A stretch of 64,000 nt of DNA, from the IMG/VR virus record IMGVR_UViG_3300042363_000940, one strand, 5' to 3'. A program made the translations under genes and the position numbers. Below, piece after piece: positions 37,201-46,914 of this stretch. How positions within the stretch are numbered: the first letter of the stretch is position 1; the number at the start of each line of letters is the position of its first letter. The notes beneath the pieces are model-generated. The model was not told where the DNA came from. It was given only the letters and a program-made list of their open reading frames with translations, and did not search any database. Source of the DNA: a virus (taxonomy: Duplodnaviria > Heunggongvirae > Uroviricota > Caudoviricetes).

Positions 37201-38493
37201 TCAATTGGACAAGGGCGCCTTAATTGTTGAATGCGATTGGTAATTATCCGTTTTAAAAGTGATATCCACATCTAAAGTATTAATAACCTCATCTACGGTT
37301 AATAAATGCCAATTTTCATTACCTGAATTGATTTTTAATGTGGGTAATTTAAATGGTTCTCTTGTGTGATTTGGTATTTTGTAAGAATTATAATACTCAC
37401 TTAAACCACCACCGAATGGTACTTGTTCATCAACCGCTGTTTTATAAAAATCACCCATTGCGGTCTTTAACAATTCTGTTCTCTCTTCGTGAGTGTATTT
37501 TCTTCCAATCTGTTCTTTAGCCTGTTCAATATGATTTGAATACAAATGTACATCACCTAAATTACCAATCAACTCATCAGGTACCATATTAACAGTTTTA
37601 GCAATTATTTCCAATAACAATCCATAAGATGCAATGTTGAATGGTAAACCTAAGAATGTATCTACTGAACGTTGATTCCACATTAATGAGATTGCTCTTG
37701 TTGGGATATTATGATTGTTTAGAACTTCTAATGTCCTTTCTTCAGGAATTACTGTCCCATAATTACCACCTCTTCTAAACTCAGAAGGGTCTAAATCTCT
37801 TTTTGTAAATTCTAATACTCTATCATTCAAACTCAACTCTCTTGTATAAACTTGAAATCCATAATGACAAGGAGGTAAAGTCATTTTATCCAACTCCCCC
37901 ACATTCCAAGCACTAACCATTAATCGTCTTGAGTCTGGATTTGTTTTAAGGTCGTTGATTAGATTTTGGATTTGGTCTATTGGTGGGTATTTGAAATATG
38001 ATACCCCATCGAGATATTCATCCTCGGTTTCCCAACTTCTCCATTGTTTACCATATATTGGACCTAACTCACCCCATTTCTTAGCAAACTCATCATCGGT
38101 TTTGATTTTGTCAATAAATTCTTCTATTGTAAATGGTTCAGTTAATGTTCTATTTTTCTTAGAATTCTCTAATAATTTGGTTTTACCAACATATTCACCT
38201 TTATTATATCTTTTAATATAGGCTTGGTAAGCATCACCATTCCAAATGTGACAATTGTTATCAACTAAATATTTAATGTTTGTATCACCACGTAAGAACC
38301 ATAATAATTCAGTTACAATAGTTTTCCAAGCCATCTTCTTGGTTGTAAGTAAAGGAAACCCTTCACTCATTTTATGACGTATTTGTCTACCAAATACTGA
38401 AATGGTACCACCATTTCTTGTTTCTTTCTTAACTCCATTATCAAGAATGTCTTGTAGGAGTAATTGATATTGTTTATCTATGTTATTCATCAT
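37201..38493 (-). CDS. thyA: thymidylate synthase ThyA with three large insertions (430 aa)
   Basis: FPLLTTKKMAWKTIVTELLWFLRGDTN, LPPCHYGFQVY (catalytic Cys), QRSVDTFLGLPFNIASYGLL, DVHLYSNH; extra segments of about 50, 45 and 50 aa relative to E. coli ThyA. Confidence 0.9.
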   Translation of the reverse strand: MMNNIDKQYQLLLQDILDNGVKKETRNGGTISVFGRQIRHKMSEGFPLLTTKKMAWKTIVTELLWFLRGDTNIKYLVDNNCHIWNGDAYQAYIKRYNKGEYVGKTKLLENSKKNRTLTEPFTIEEFIDKIKTDDEFAKKWGELGPIYGKQWRSWETEDEYLDGVSYFKYPPIDQIQNLINDLKTNPDSRRLMVSAWNVGELDKMTLPPCHYGFQVYTRELSLNDRVLEFTKRDLDPSEFRRGGNYGTVIPEERTLEVLNNHNIPTRAISLMWNQRSVDTFLGLPFNIASYGLLLEIIAKTVNMVPDELIGNLGDVHLYSNHIEQAKEQIGRKYTHEERTELLKTAMGDFYKTAVDEQVPFGGGLSEYYNSYKIPNHTREPFKLPTLKINSGNENWHLLTVDEVINTLDVDITFKTDNYQSHSTIKAPLSN

Positions 38494-38852
38494 TCAAATG
38501 TTTGTATTTTGGCATCTACTTCTTTTAATTCTGACCATGTTCCAAGATATGTGATTGCCCTAACTTTCCTGTTATCAATCCACACATACTCTTGTCCGTC
38601 TTTGATTCTTGGTTTGTCCATAACCAATCCATGGTATTTAAAACCTTTTTCTTTTAACCACGTTTCGGTAACTTCTCTGTCTTTACTTTCTCTTGCAGTA
38701 AAGAAGGTAATGATATGACCTTCATCATACCATTTATTGATTATATCCAATGCGTTTGGGAAATGATTTGCGGTTACATATAAATGACTGTCTTCGTTTT
38801 TGATGTCATCACAGATTGTTCCGTCGATATCGATTAAAAATACCTTACCCAT
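38490..38852 (-). CDS. small HAD-family phosphatase
   Basis: MGKVFLIDIDGTICDD (DxDGT); start trimmed to the ATG at 38850-38852, 4 nt downstream of the GS stop. Confidence 0.6.
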   Translation of the reverse strand: MGKVFLIDIDGTICDDIKNEDSHLYVTANHFPNALDIINKWYDEGHIITFFTARESKDREVTETWLKEKGFKYHGLVMDKPRIKDGQEYVWIDNRKVRAITYLGTWSELKEVDAKIQTFE

Positions 38853-38856
38853 TTTA

Positions 38857-39987
38857 TTATTCTTCGTCTTTTTTATACTCTTCAAATAATTCATCGTTTG
38901 AAAGTGTTCCGTATTTTGTTGACAAGTCATCGGTTTTAATTTCAGCGTACATTACATGTAATGTATTTTTTAACTCATCTGCTAATGATAGTGATTTACA
39001 AATAACAGTTAAGATTCTGTAAGGGTCAGCGTTTGAACCGGGTCGTCTATCTTCAAGATAACCCCTCCACGTTTCTCCGACGGTTTTTGGAACCCTAATT
39101 GATGCACCTCTATCAGATACACCCCAACTGAATTTATCAATTGATTGTGTTTCAAATTTACCCGTTAATCTTAAATGATTATCGGAACCATAATTTTCAA
39201 TATGAATTTTTGTCCTACTTTCAAATGTTTTAAAGATTGCGTTGAAGTATTCTTCCCCACCTGTCTCTCTCATTTTTTGGTTTGAGAAATTGGCATGTAA
39301 ACCTGAACCATTCCATTCACCTGTCGTAATTGGTTTAGGGTGTAACTCAATTGCCACCGAATATCTTTCAGAAATTTTATTTAAGAAGTAACGAGACATC
39401 CATAAGTCATCAGCACCTTTAAGTTTACCTTTAGCAAAGATTTGATATTCCCATTGACCCAATGCAACTTCTGCGTTTGTTCCTTCAAGATTGATACCAT
39501 AGTTTAAACACATATCTAAATGTTCATCACTAATAAGTCTACCAACAACATGACCACCAACACCGCAATAGTATTTTCCTTGTGGGTCAATCATCCCACC
39601 ATTTTCAAAACCCAATACAGGTTGGTTATGTCCTGAACGAATAAAATATTCTTGTTCAAATCCAACCCAAAAATCGGTATCTTCTTCCCCAACTTTTGCT
39701 CGGTAATTTGATGGGTGAATCTCATTGTTTCCGTCAAGTACTTCACACAACACATAAACTGTTGGGTAATCATCTTTACTGTTATTGTTTTTATAAAACC
39801 TAACAGGTTTTAAGTAACAATCGGAGAAGTTACCCTCCGCCTGCATTGTTGAACTTCCATCGAATCCCCAGTTAGAGATGTCATCAATGGTTAACTCGCC
39901 GTTATAGTCAACGACTTTAATTTTACTTCTAAGATTTGGTTCGGGTGAATATCCATCCAACCAAACGTACTCAAATTTAATTTTCAT
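38857..39987 (-). CDS. glnII: glutamine synthetase, type II (eukaryote-like)
   Basis: EYVWLDGYSPEPNLRSKIKVV, NWGFDGSSTMQAEG, GKYYCGVGGHVVGR, GTNAEVALGQWEYQI, NFSNQKMRE, ASIRVPKTVGE, YLEDRRPGSNADPY all match GSII blocks. Confidence 0.85.
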   Translation of the reverse strand: MKIKFEYVWLDGYSPEPNLRSKIKVVDYNGELTIDDISNWGFDGSSTMQAEGNFSDCYLKPVRFYKNNNSKDDYPTVYVLCEVLDGNNEIHPSNYRAKVGEEDTDFWVGFEQEYFIRSGHNQPVLGFENGGMIDPQGKYYCGVGGHVVGRLISDEHLDMCLNYGINLEGTNAEVALGQWEYQIFAKGKLKGADDLWMSRYFLNKISERYSVAIELHPKPITTGEWNGSGLHANFSNQKMRETGGEEYFNAIFKTFESRTKIHIENYGSDNHLRLTGKFETQSIDKFSWGVSDRGASIRVPKTVGETWRGYLEDRRPGSNADPYRILTVICKSLSLADELKNTLHVMYAEIKTDDLSTKYGTLSNDELFEEYKKDEE

Positions 39988-40210
39988 TCTGTTGTTTTTT
40001 TAATTTATCTATGCATTTGTAAATGCAATATGATTCTTCGATTGTGAACGCACCTTCTTTGTTCGCATGGGTAAGTGCGATATCGATAAGTTTTAATGCG
40101 TTTTCAGGTTCAATAGTTTCAAGGAATTCTTTAAAGTCCGATTCCTCTTCATATTCAAAGTCCCCGTTAAAAAGTGTACTCATATCAAAAATATAAGAAA
40201 TTATTTTCAA
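39977..40210 (-). CDS. acidic hypothetical protein (77 aa)
   Basis: ORF. Confidence 0.4.
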   Translation of the reverse strand: MKIISYIFDMSTLFNGDFEYEEESDFKEFLETIEPENALKLIDIALTHANKEGAFTIEESYCIYKCIDKLKKQQNEN

Positions 40211-40232
40211 ATTTCCAAGTAATTATTGTAAT

Positions 40233-40595
40233 ATGTCAGTAATAATTAACGATAAACAGTACGTGGCGGAATATCTGTCGACTCCCGAGGAAATAATGAA
40301 GGGAATGATGGGTAGAGACACCCTTGAGGGTTGTATAGTCTTCAAGATGGGAATGGGTCACCATTCGTTTTGGATGAAGAACTGTTACATACCATTGGAC
40401 ATTGTATTCGTGAATAAGAATAGAATTTCACATATCCATAAAAACTGCGAACCCGCCGGAAATAAACTTAATCCACCGAGATACACCGGTATCGGGGACC
40501 ATGTCATTGAATTTCCAACGGGAACCGCTAATAACTTTAAAGTGGGTGATAGGGTTGCCATGTACTTAGGTGCACCTGTGAACCCCGTTCGTTAA
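40233..40595 (+). CDS. DUF192 (COG1430)-like protein
   Basis: GMMGRDTLEGCIVFKMGMGHHSFWMKNCYIPLDIVFVNKNRI resembles the DUF192 consensus (GLMxR...FWMKNTxIPLDIxF). Confidence 0.5.
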   Translation: MSVIINDKQYVAEYLSTPEEIMKGMMGRDTLEGCIVFKMGMGHHSFWMKNCYIPLDIVFVNKNRISHIHKNCEPAGNKLNPPRYTGIGDHVIEFPTGTANNFKVGDRVAMYLGAPVNPVR

Positions 40596-41449
40596 CCTTC
40601 GTATTCGGGGAACAAATTATAATCAAACTGATTGATTCTCTGACGAGAAATCTCGGTGTACTTTTCAGATAGTTCAAATCCGATATAGTTTCTACCCAAT
40701 TTCTTTGCCGCAAGTGCCGTGGTTCCCGAACCTGAGAAACAATCCAATACCAAATCATTTTTAAATGAAAGGATTTTAATTGCCTTAACCGGAATATCCA
40801 TTGAGAAGGTTGCCTTAGTTAATGACTTCGTATCGTTGAAGTATTTCCACTGACCGAACACCAACTCCATAAACTCATTCTTATCTTTATCAGAATAGAT
40901 TCGTTTAGTTCTTGTTTTGGGGTCTTCACCTTCTTCCACCTCAACGTCAACTTGTGCTTCAGTATATGACCACGTTGAGATACCTTTATCTTTCTTCTTG
41001 TAGTCTTTCTTATATGCAAGAATAACACATTCTTTTGGATTATATATGTACGGTGCTGACGGTGACATCCACGAACCCCACGCAGTTGTTTTAGAACGGT
41101 GTGGAGAATCTTCCTCTAAATCGACAACACCAAAGAAACCGAATCCAATCTCTTTCATTATCTGCCAGTATTCAGATACGATGAATACACGACCGCCACG
41201 TTCCCTTACGTTTACTTCATAAGGTATGTTAATCGCAACACGACCATCGTCCTTTAATGTTCTGTAAACTTCAGATAACCAAGTTCTACACCACTCAAAG
41301 TAATCACCCATAGGTACATCGTCTATATGTGTATCATATGCGATACCAACATTATATGGTGGTGATGTGACCACTAAATCTATTGTGTTATCACCCAATT
41401 CTTTGAATAGTTCAACACAATCTCCGTTATAAATTTTATTCGATTCCAT
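40592..41449 (-). CDS. beta-class DNA methyltransferase (N6-adenine or N4-cytosine)
   Basis: Motif IV DLVVTSPPYNVG near the N-terminus and motif I LDCFSGSGTTALAAKKLGRNYIGFE near the C-terminus. Confidence 0.8.
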   Translation of the reverse strand: MESNKIYNGDCVELFKELGDNTIDLVVTSPPYNVGIAYDTHIDDVPMGDYFEWCRTWLSEVYRTLKDDGRVAINIPYEVNVRERGGRVFIVSEYWQIMKEIGFGFFGVVDLEEDSPHRSKTTAWGSWMSPSAPYIYNPKECVILAYKKDYKKKDKGISTWSYTEAQVDVEVEEGEDPKTRTKRIYSDKDKNEFMELVFGQWKYFNDTKSLTKATFSMDIPVKAIKILSFKNDLVLDCFSGSGTTALAAKKLGRNYIGFELSEKYTEISRQRINQFDYNLFPEYEG

Positions 41450-41538
41450 TTACAATTACGTTTTTATCGGTTATCTTCTGATAAAGTATAAGGAATTAAA
41501 ACCAATAAACCAAATATTTAATAAAAAAGAAAAACATT

Positions 41539-41715
41539 ATGGGATGCGGATGTAAAAAGAAGAACGTTCAAACAACAGTGAACCCTTCACCAGCGACAAT
41601 AACATTAAACGAAACATTTCAACCAACAACTACTATGGACCAACAGGTTCAACAGTTGGTACAGAAGATTGAGGAGATTAACGAAACTCTTGATTCTCAG
41701 GGGGAACAATAATAT
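41539..41715 (+). CDS. small hypothetical protein (58 aa), below the ORF-track cutoff
   Basis: MGCGCKKKNVQTTVNPSPATITLNETFQPTTTMDQQVQQLVQKIEEINETLDSQGEQ; followed by a hairpin plus T-run. Confidence 0.35.
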
Positions 41716-41730
41716 ATTATCGGTTTTAAG

Positions 41731-41768
41731 ATAACGGATAGAGTAAAAACTGTCCGTTATTTTTTGAC
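41731..41768 (+). terminator. rho-independent terminator
   Basis: AACGGATAG...CTGTCCGTT hairpin followed by ATTTTTT. Confidence 0.45.
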
Positions 41769-41798
41769 CATATAATATATATAAATTTATATACTTAT

Positions 41799-41996
41799 AT
41801 GAAAGCACAGACAAAACTTACGAGTGTTCACATTTTAGATGATGTGTACAAAAAATTCAAAATCAACACGATAGATGGTTCAATTAACCTACAGAAGTTA
41901 GTTAATAGGGCTCTTGATTTATACAATACAAGAGAGGATTTTAGAGACCAGATAAACAACCATAACGGTTTGGCAACAACGGGGTCTAAATTCTAA
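41799..41996 (+). CDS. hypothetical protein (65 aa)
   Basis: First ORF of the plus-strand operon; preceded by an AT-rich ATATATATAAATTTATATAC element. Confidence 0.45.
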   Translation: MKAQTKLTSVHILDDVYKKFKINTIDGSINLQKLVNRALDLYNTREDFRDQINNHNGLATTGSKF

Positions 41997-41998
41997 CT

Positions 41999-43357
41999 AT
42001 GAAGAAAAAGATTCTATTATTATCTGATGATTTAAGAATGACATCGGGTGTTGCTACTATGTCAAAAGAATTGGTAATGGGTACTATTCACAAGTACGAT
42101 TGGGTACAGTTGGGTAGTGCAATCAACCATCCTGAGGCAGGTAAAATTGTAGATATAAATGCGGACATTAGGGAGAAGACAAGAGTACTTGATGCAAACC
42201 TTAAAATCATTCCAAGTAATGGATATGGTAATATTTTTACATTGAGGTCTCTTATTGAGTCTGAGAAACCTGACGCAATATTACACTTCACCGACCCACA
42301 TTACTGGCAATGGTTGTACGAGGCGGAACATGAGATTAGACAACAAATTCCAATTCTATATTACCACGTGTGGGATAACCTACCTGACCCAACCTATAAT
42401 AGAAACAATTATGAAAGTTGTGATTGGATTGGTTGTATCTCCAAACAAACATATGGTTTAGTCCATAGAGTGGGTAAAATGGATAACGAACCAACCTTCA
42501 AACCTTTGGAGGATTGGCAAATCAGTTATGTTCCTCACGGTATTAATTCAGATGTGTTCAAACCAACAGATAGTGTTGCTGATGATTTAAAGAAATACAT
42601 TTACGAAGATAAAGAATATGATTTTATTCTATTCTATAACAATCGTAACATCAAAAGAAAACAACCGGGTGATGTGATATTATCATATAAATTATTCTGT
42701 GATTCTTTACCTAAAGAACAATCCGATAAATGTTTATTGTTAATGCACACCACACCAATCGATGAGAATGGTACCGACCTACCGGCGGTGGCTAAAAGTG
42801 TTTGTCCCGACTATAATATTAAGTTTGTTAACTTAAAATTGGAACAGAATAAATTGAATGAGTTGTATAATATTGTTGACTGTACAATTAACATTGCGAA
42901 CAACGAAGGTTTTGGTTTGGGTACCGCCGAAAGTATAATGGCTGGCACACCAATCATTGTTAATGTCACAGGTGGATTACAAGACCAATGTGGTTTTGAT
43001 TACACCGCAGACAATTACATAACATTCGGTTCACTCCACAATAGAAAGAAACACGGTTCAACTTTACATGGTGAATGGGTTGTACCCGTTTGGCCATCCG
43101 TTAACAATCTAAATGGTTCGGTCCCAACTCCTTTCATTTATGAAGACAGAGTAAACAATAATGATGTTGCCGGTGCAATTTCTGAAGTTTATGGTTGGGG
43201 TAAAGAAGGAAGAAAAGAACGAGGATTAAAAGGTAGAGAATGGGCAATCGAAAACCTATCAAGTAAAGTGATGTGTGATTCATTAATTGATGGAATTGAA
43301 ACAACTTTCAAAAACTATAAACCTAAAAAGAAATTTGAATTATATCGTATAGTATGA
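41999..43357 (+). CDS. GT-B glycosyltransferase (GT1/GT4-like)
   Basis: NNEGFGLGTAESIMAGTPIIV matches the E(x7)E sugar-donor binding motif. Confidence 0.75.
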   Translation: MKKKILLLSDDLRMTSGVATMSKELVMGTIHKYDWVQLGSAINHPEAGKIVDINADIREKTRVLDANLKIIPSNGYGNIFTLRSLIESEKPDAILHFTDPHYWQWLYEAEHEIRQQIPILYYHVWDNLPDPTYNRNNYESCDWIGCISKQTYGLVHRVGKMDNEPTFKPLEDWQISYVPHGINSDVFKPTDSVADDLKKYIYEDKEYDFILFYNNRNIKRKQPGDVILSYKLFCDSLPKEQSDKCLLLMHTTPIDENGTDLPAVAKSVCPDYNIKFVNLKLEQNKLNELYNIVDCTINIANNEGFGLGTAESIMAGTPIIVNVTGGLQDQCGFDYTADNYITFGSLHNRKKHGSTLHGEWVVPVWPSVNNLNGSVPTPFIYEDRVNNNDVAGAISEVYGWGKEGRKERGLKGREWAIENLSSKVMCDSLIDGIETTFKNYKPKKKFELYRIV

Positions 43358-44601
43358 GTAAACCTTTTTTATTATTTAGAGGACCCGTTGAAACATTAAG
43401 TGGGTATGGAGCACACTCGAGAGATTTATTGAGGTCTCTTCGTGACATGGACTTATTTGAAATAAGGGTGGATTCGTGTCATTGGGGTTCAACACCAAAA
43501 ACGGCATTACAAGAGGATACCGAATATAATAAGTGGATACTTGCGCATATCGTTAAAGTGATACCCGCAACTCCCGATGTTTATGTTCAGGTTACAGTAC
43601 CAAATGAATTCCAAAAGATTGGTAGGTTCAGTATCGGTATAACTGCCGGTATTGAAACAACAATGGCATCAAAGGAATGGATTGATGGTTGTAACAGAAT
43701 GGATTTAATCATCACAACTTCAACCTTCTCCAAGGAAGTACTACTTCAAACCGTTTACAATGAAACTGATAACCTAACCGGTAAACTAATTAAACAACAT
43801 AAAATTGAGAAACCTGTTGAGGTTCTTTTTGAGGGTGTTGACACTGAAATTTATAATGATAAATTTTCAGGGTTAGATGTTGGAATTAACGAAGATTTTT
43901 CTTATCTTTTTGTTGGTCACTGGTTAAAAGGTAATTTAGGTCAGGATAGAAAAGATGTTGGTATGTTAATTAAGTGTTTCTCTGAGGCATTTAAGGATTC
44001 GGAAGAACAACCCGCATTAATTCTTAAAACATCTTCAGCATCTTTTTCGATAAAAGAAAGAGAAAACTTTAAGAAGAAAATTTCTGATTTGGTTAAGGGA
44101 ATTGAAAACCCACCGCCAATCTATCTTTTATTCGGTGAGTTAACAGACAAGGAAATGAATGAGTTATACAATCACCCAAAAGTGAAGGCAATGGTAACCT
44201 TAACAAAAGGCGAAGGATTCGGTAGACCTCTACTTGAGTTCTCAATGACAGGTAAACCTATTCTTGCATCTAATTGGTCGGGACATAAAGACTTCTTACC
44301 AATGGATAAGGCAGTAATGTTAGGTGGTTCATTGACTGATGTTCATGAGAGTGTTGTTGATTCATTTATCATCAAGGGGTCAAAATGGTTTACACCAAAC
44401 TATGGTGAAGTTGTTGAGATTATGAGAATGGTTAAAAATGAATATGACACGTTCTACGGTAACTCTCAAGTTTTGATGGAAGAGAATAGAGAAAAATATT
44501 CGATGTCAAAAATGACCGAGAAGTTTGAATCAATCATAACACCATATGTGGTTAAACCTAAAGAAGTTAAATTAAAAATACCTCAGTTAACAAAACTATA
44601 A
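43354..44601 (+). CDS. GT-B glycosyltransferase (GT1/GT4-like)
   Basis: TKGEGFGRPLLEFSMTGKPILAS motif; start overlaps the previous gene (ATGA). Confidence 0.7.
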   Translation: MSKPFLLFRGPVETLSGYGAHSRDLLRSLRDMDLFEIRVDSCHWGSTPKTALQEDTEYNKWILAHIVKVIPATPDVYVQVTVPNEFQKIGRFSIGITAGIETTMASKEWIDGCNRMDLIITTSTFSKEVLLQTVYNETDNLTGKLIKQHKIEKPVEVLFEGVDTEIYNDKFSGLDVGINEDFSYLFVGHWLKGNLGQDRKDVGMLIKCFSEAFKDSEEQPALILKTSSASFSIKERENFKKKISDLVKGIENPPPIYLLFGELTDKEMNELYNHPKVKAMVTLTKGEGFGRPLLEFSMTGKPILASNWSGHKDFLPMDKAVMLGGSLTDVHESVVDSFIIKGSKWFTPNYGEVVEIMRMVKNEYDTFYGNSQVLMEENREKYSMSKMTEKFESIITPYVVKPKEVKLKIPQLTKL

Positions 44602-44882
44602 TGGGATTACTTGACAATTTTAAATTAGGTAGAGAAAATGAAGACAATTCATTTTTATTTACGAACCATAACCTTCAATTATTTACATTACAACCGACAG
44701 TTACATTTAATCAAACCGAATGGATGTTTCAATTTGATGAAGGTGAACCGACGGTTTTCGCAACACAACAAGAAGAATCCAATTTAACGATAACACTCAA
44801 CAACACCAATCACGCATCGATAGAATTTACGGGACCCAATAATCAAAAATTTAAAATATTCGCAAGAGAAAGACAACAATGA
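44601..44882 (+). CDS. hypothetical protein (93 aa)
   Basis: Translationally coupled ORF. Confidence 0.4.
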   Translation: MGLLDNFKLGRENEDNSFLFTNHNLQLFTLQPTVTFNQTEWMFQFDEGEPTVFATQQEESNLTITLNNTNHASIEFTGPNNQKFKIFARERQQ

Positions 44883-45505
44883 AAATAAGTTATGCAATTA
44901 CCGTTTGTGATGAGTTACAAGAAATCAAAAGACTTGTACCGTTTCTTTTAGAACATAAAAGACCTGAAGATGAAATCATAGTTTTATATGACCAAAAAAA
45001 TGGGTCGGATGAGGTAATTGATTTCTTATTACCATTTAATAGATTCCCACATGTTCAAACATGGAGAGGTATGGTTTTCGTAAATGATTTTTCTATTTGG
45101 AAAAACAAATTAAACGATTACTGTGGTGGTGATTACATTTTACAATTGGATGCGGATGAAATGATTACCGAGGAACTAATTAAAATGTTACCGGCAATAC
45201 TTGAATCAAATCCTGAAGTTGATTTGTTTGTACTTCCTCGAATAAACACGGTGGATGGTATAACCGAAGAACACATTAACAAGTGGGGATGGAAACAAGA
45301 TGAACAGGGTAGAATTAACTTCCCTGATTGGCAGGGTAGATTATACCGTAAAGGTTTAAACTGGTATGGTAAAGTTCATGAAAAAATTATAGGGGCAAAG
45401 AAATATTCGATTATGCCTGAAGATGAGGGATTTTGTATCCTTCATCCTAAAACAATCGAGAGACAGGAAAGACAAAATAATTTTTACAGTAAAATTCAAA
45501 AGTAA
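44879..45505 (+). CDS. putative GT-A glycosyltransferase (GT2-like)
   Basis: ISYAITVCDE N-terminal pattern and DXD motif QLDADEMI. Confidence 0.5.
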   Translation: MKISYAITVCDELQEIKRLVPFLLEHKRPEDEIIVLYDQKNGSDEVIDFLLPFNRFPHVQTWRGMVFVNDFSIWKNKLNDYCGGDYILQLDADEMITEELIKMLPAILESNPEVDLFVLPRINTVDGITEEHINKWGWKQDEQGRINFPDWQGRLYRKGLNWYGKVHEKIIGAKKYSIMPEDEGFCILHPKTIERQERQNNFYSKIQK

Positions 45506-46263
45506 TGAAGTTAATTTTAGCAACTGGGTCCGATATAAATTATATGACCAAGATGAGACCATACTTTAAATCAATTGAGAAAAACTCAAACTTCGATAAG
45601 AATGTTTTGGTTTTTGTTGGTGATGGGGAAGGTTTATCATTACCATTTAAAACTATCGATATCGCAACATTATCGATTTCAGACGTACAGGCATTGAATA
45701 ATAATAAGTGTGTTCAACACGGGGATTTCTTAAACTCCAATCACTTCAATTCAATAACCCAAGATGATGACGTTATCTTCTATACTGACGGTGACATCAT
45801 CCTTCAACGTAACATGACTGACGAAGAGTTAGAACAATTCAGAAACTTCAAAGATGGTGACGTTTATGTTGGTTATAATGCATCACCAACTGACACATTA
45901 ATGATTGAATCGGGTAGATTAGGTCAAACGGGTGTTAAGGTTGACGGTGTGAGTGACAAACCGTGGGATAAGATTAAAGTCTATAACACCGGTGTTCTCG
46001 CAATGAATAAAAGAACTTGGGCTAAACTACTAAGTGACTATGTTGAATTGTATCCGTCAGTTGAACCAATGTTTGCGCATTACGCAAAACAACAATGGTT
46101 GATTTCATTTTTGATTGGCACAAGAGAAGATTACAATATAATCGAAATGCCGTACCATATCCATAATCATTTACATTTCCCAAGTCCTGAGGGTACAATC
46201 CAAGATAAAAACGGTGATGTATTTTTTAACAATAAAAAAGTATTATTCAAACACAAATGGTAG
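45505..46263 (+). CDS. putative nucleotide-diphospho-sugar transferase
   Basis: DXD-like FYTDGDIILQ; weak. Confidence 0.4.
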   Translation: MKLILATGSDINYMTKMRPYFKSIEKNSNFDKNVLVFVGDGEGLSLPFKTIDIATLSISDVQALNNNKCVQHGDFLNSNHFNSITQDDDVIFYTDGDIILQRNMTDEELEQFRNFKDGDVYVGYNASPTDTLMIESGRLGQTGVKVDGVSDKPWDKIKVYNTGVLAMNKRTWAKLLSDYVELYPSVEPMFAHYAKQQWLISFLIGTREDYNIIEMPYHIHNHLHFPSPEGTIQDKNGDVFFNNKKVLFKHKW

Positions 46264-46913
46264 AAATTTTTAAAAGGATATCTGAAATTGATATCAAAGA
46301 AATCGATTTAAATGTTTTAGAAACAATTCTCCCCACATTTGGTATGAATGGTGAGAATTCGAGAGAGTTACCTTCAGAATTGTCTGAACACTTTAATGAA
46401 GGTATTCGTTTTTGGCAGTACCCAAATCAATTTGCTCCGTATCTTAAACAAATATCAAAATATAGAATTAAATCGTATCTTGAAATTGGTTGTAGGTGGG
46501 GTGGTACGTTTATTATAACAAAGGAAATATTAACCAAAATAAATGGTGAAGTTAATGGATTCGCGTGTGACTTTATGCCACAATCAAGGATGCTTGACGA
46601 ATACCAAAAATATGGTAATTTTAACTACTTACAAACTCATAGTCAAAAATTAAAAAGAGAATCAATAAATCAAGATATTGATTTAATTTTAATTGATGGT
46701 GACCACAGTTATGAAGGGTTAAAAAGAGATTTTGAAATCTGTAAACAATATAACCCCAAATACGTATCTTTTCATGATATATGTAGTGACGCATGTCCTG
46801 GCGTTGTTAAGTTTTGGAATGAAATTAAGGAACAATATAAACACTATGAATTTATGAGTCAATATGATAGTGTTGACGGTAATTTTTTAGGTATTGGTTT
46901 AATAGAGATTTAA
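46257..46913 (+). CDS. class I SAM-dependent methyltransferase (Methyltransf_24 / CmcI-like)
   Basis: LEIGCRWGGTFII and LILIDGDHSYEGLKRDFEI motifs. Confidence 0.6.
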   Translation: MVEIFKRISEIDIKEIDLNVLETILPTFGMNGENSRELPSELSEHFNEGIRFWQYPNQFAPYLKQISKYRIKSYLEIGCRWGGTFIITKEILTKINGEVNGFACDFMPQSRMLDEYQKYGNFNYLQTHSQKLKRESINQDIDLILIDGDHSYEGLKRDFEICKQYNPKYVSFHDICSDACPGVVKFWNEIKEQYKHYEFMSQYDSVDGNFLGIGLIEI

Positions 46914-46914
46914 T

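Noticed and set aside
37201-38493. Bifunctional DHFR-TS as the explanation for the long ThyA
   Set aside because: The protein starts directly with the TS N-terminal motif and has no DHFR region (no GxxGxxP or NADPH motif); the extra length comes from internal insertions and a C-terminal insert
41605-41814. Minus-strand ORF (69 aa) in the divergent intergenic region
   Set aside because: Leu-rich low-complexity translation. It conflicts with a better plus-strand mini-ORF (41539-41715) that is followed by a terminator, and it lies where both flanking arrays need promoters
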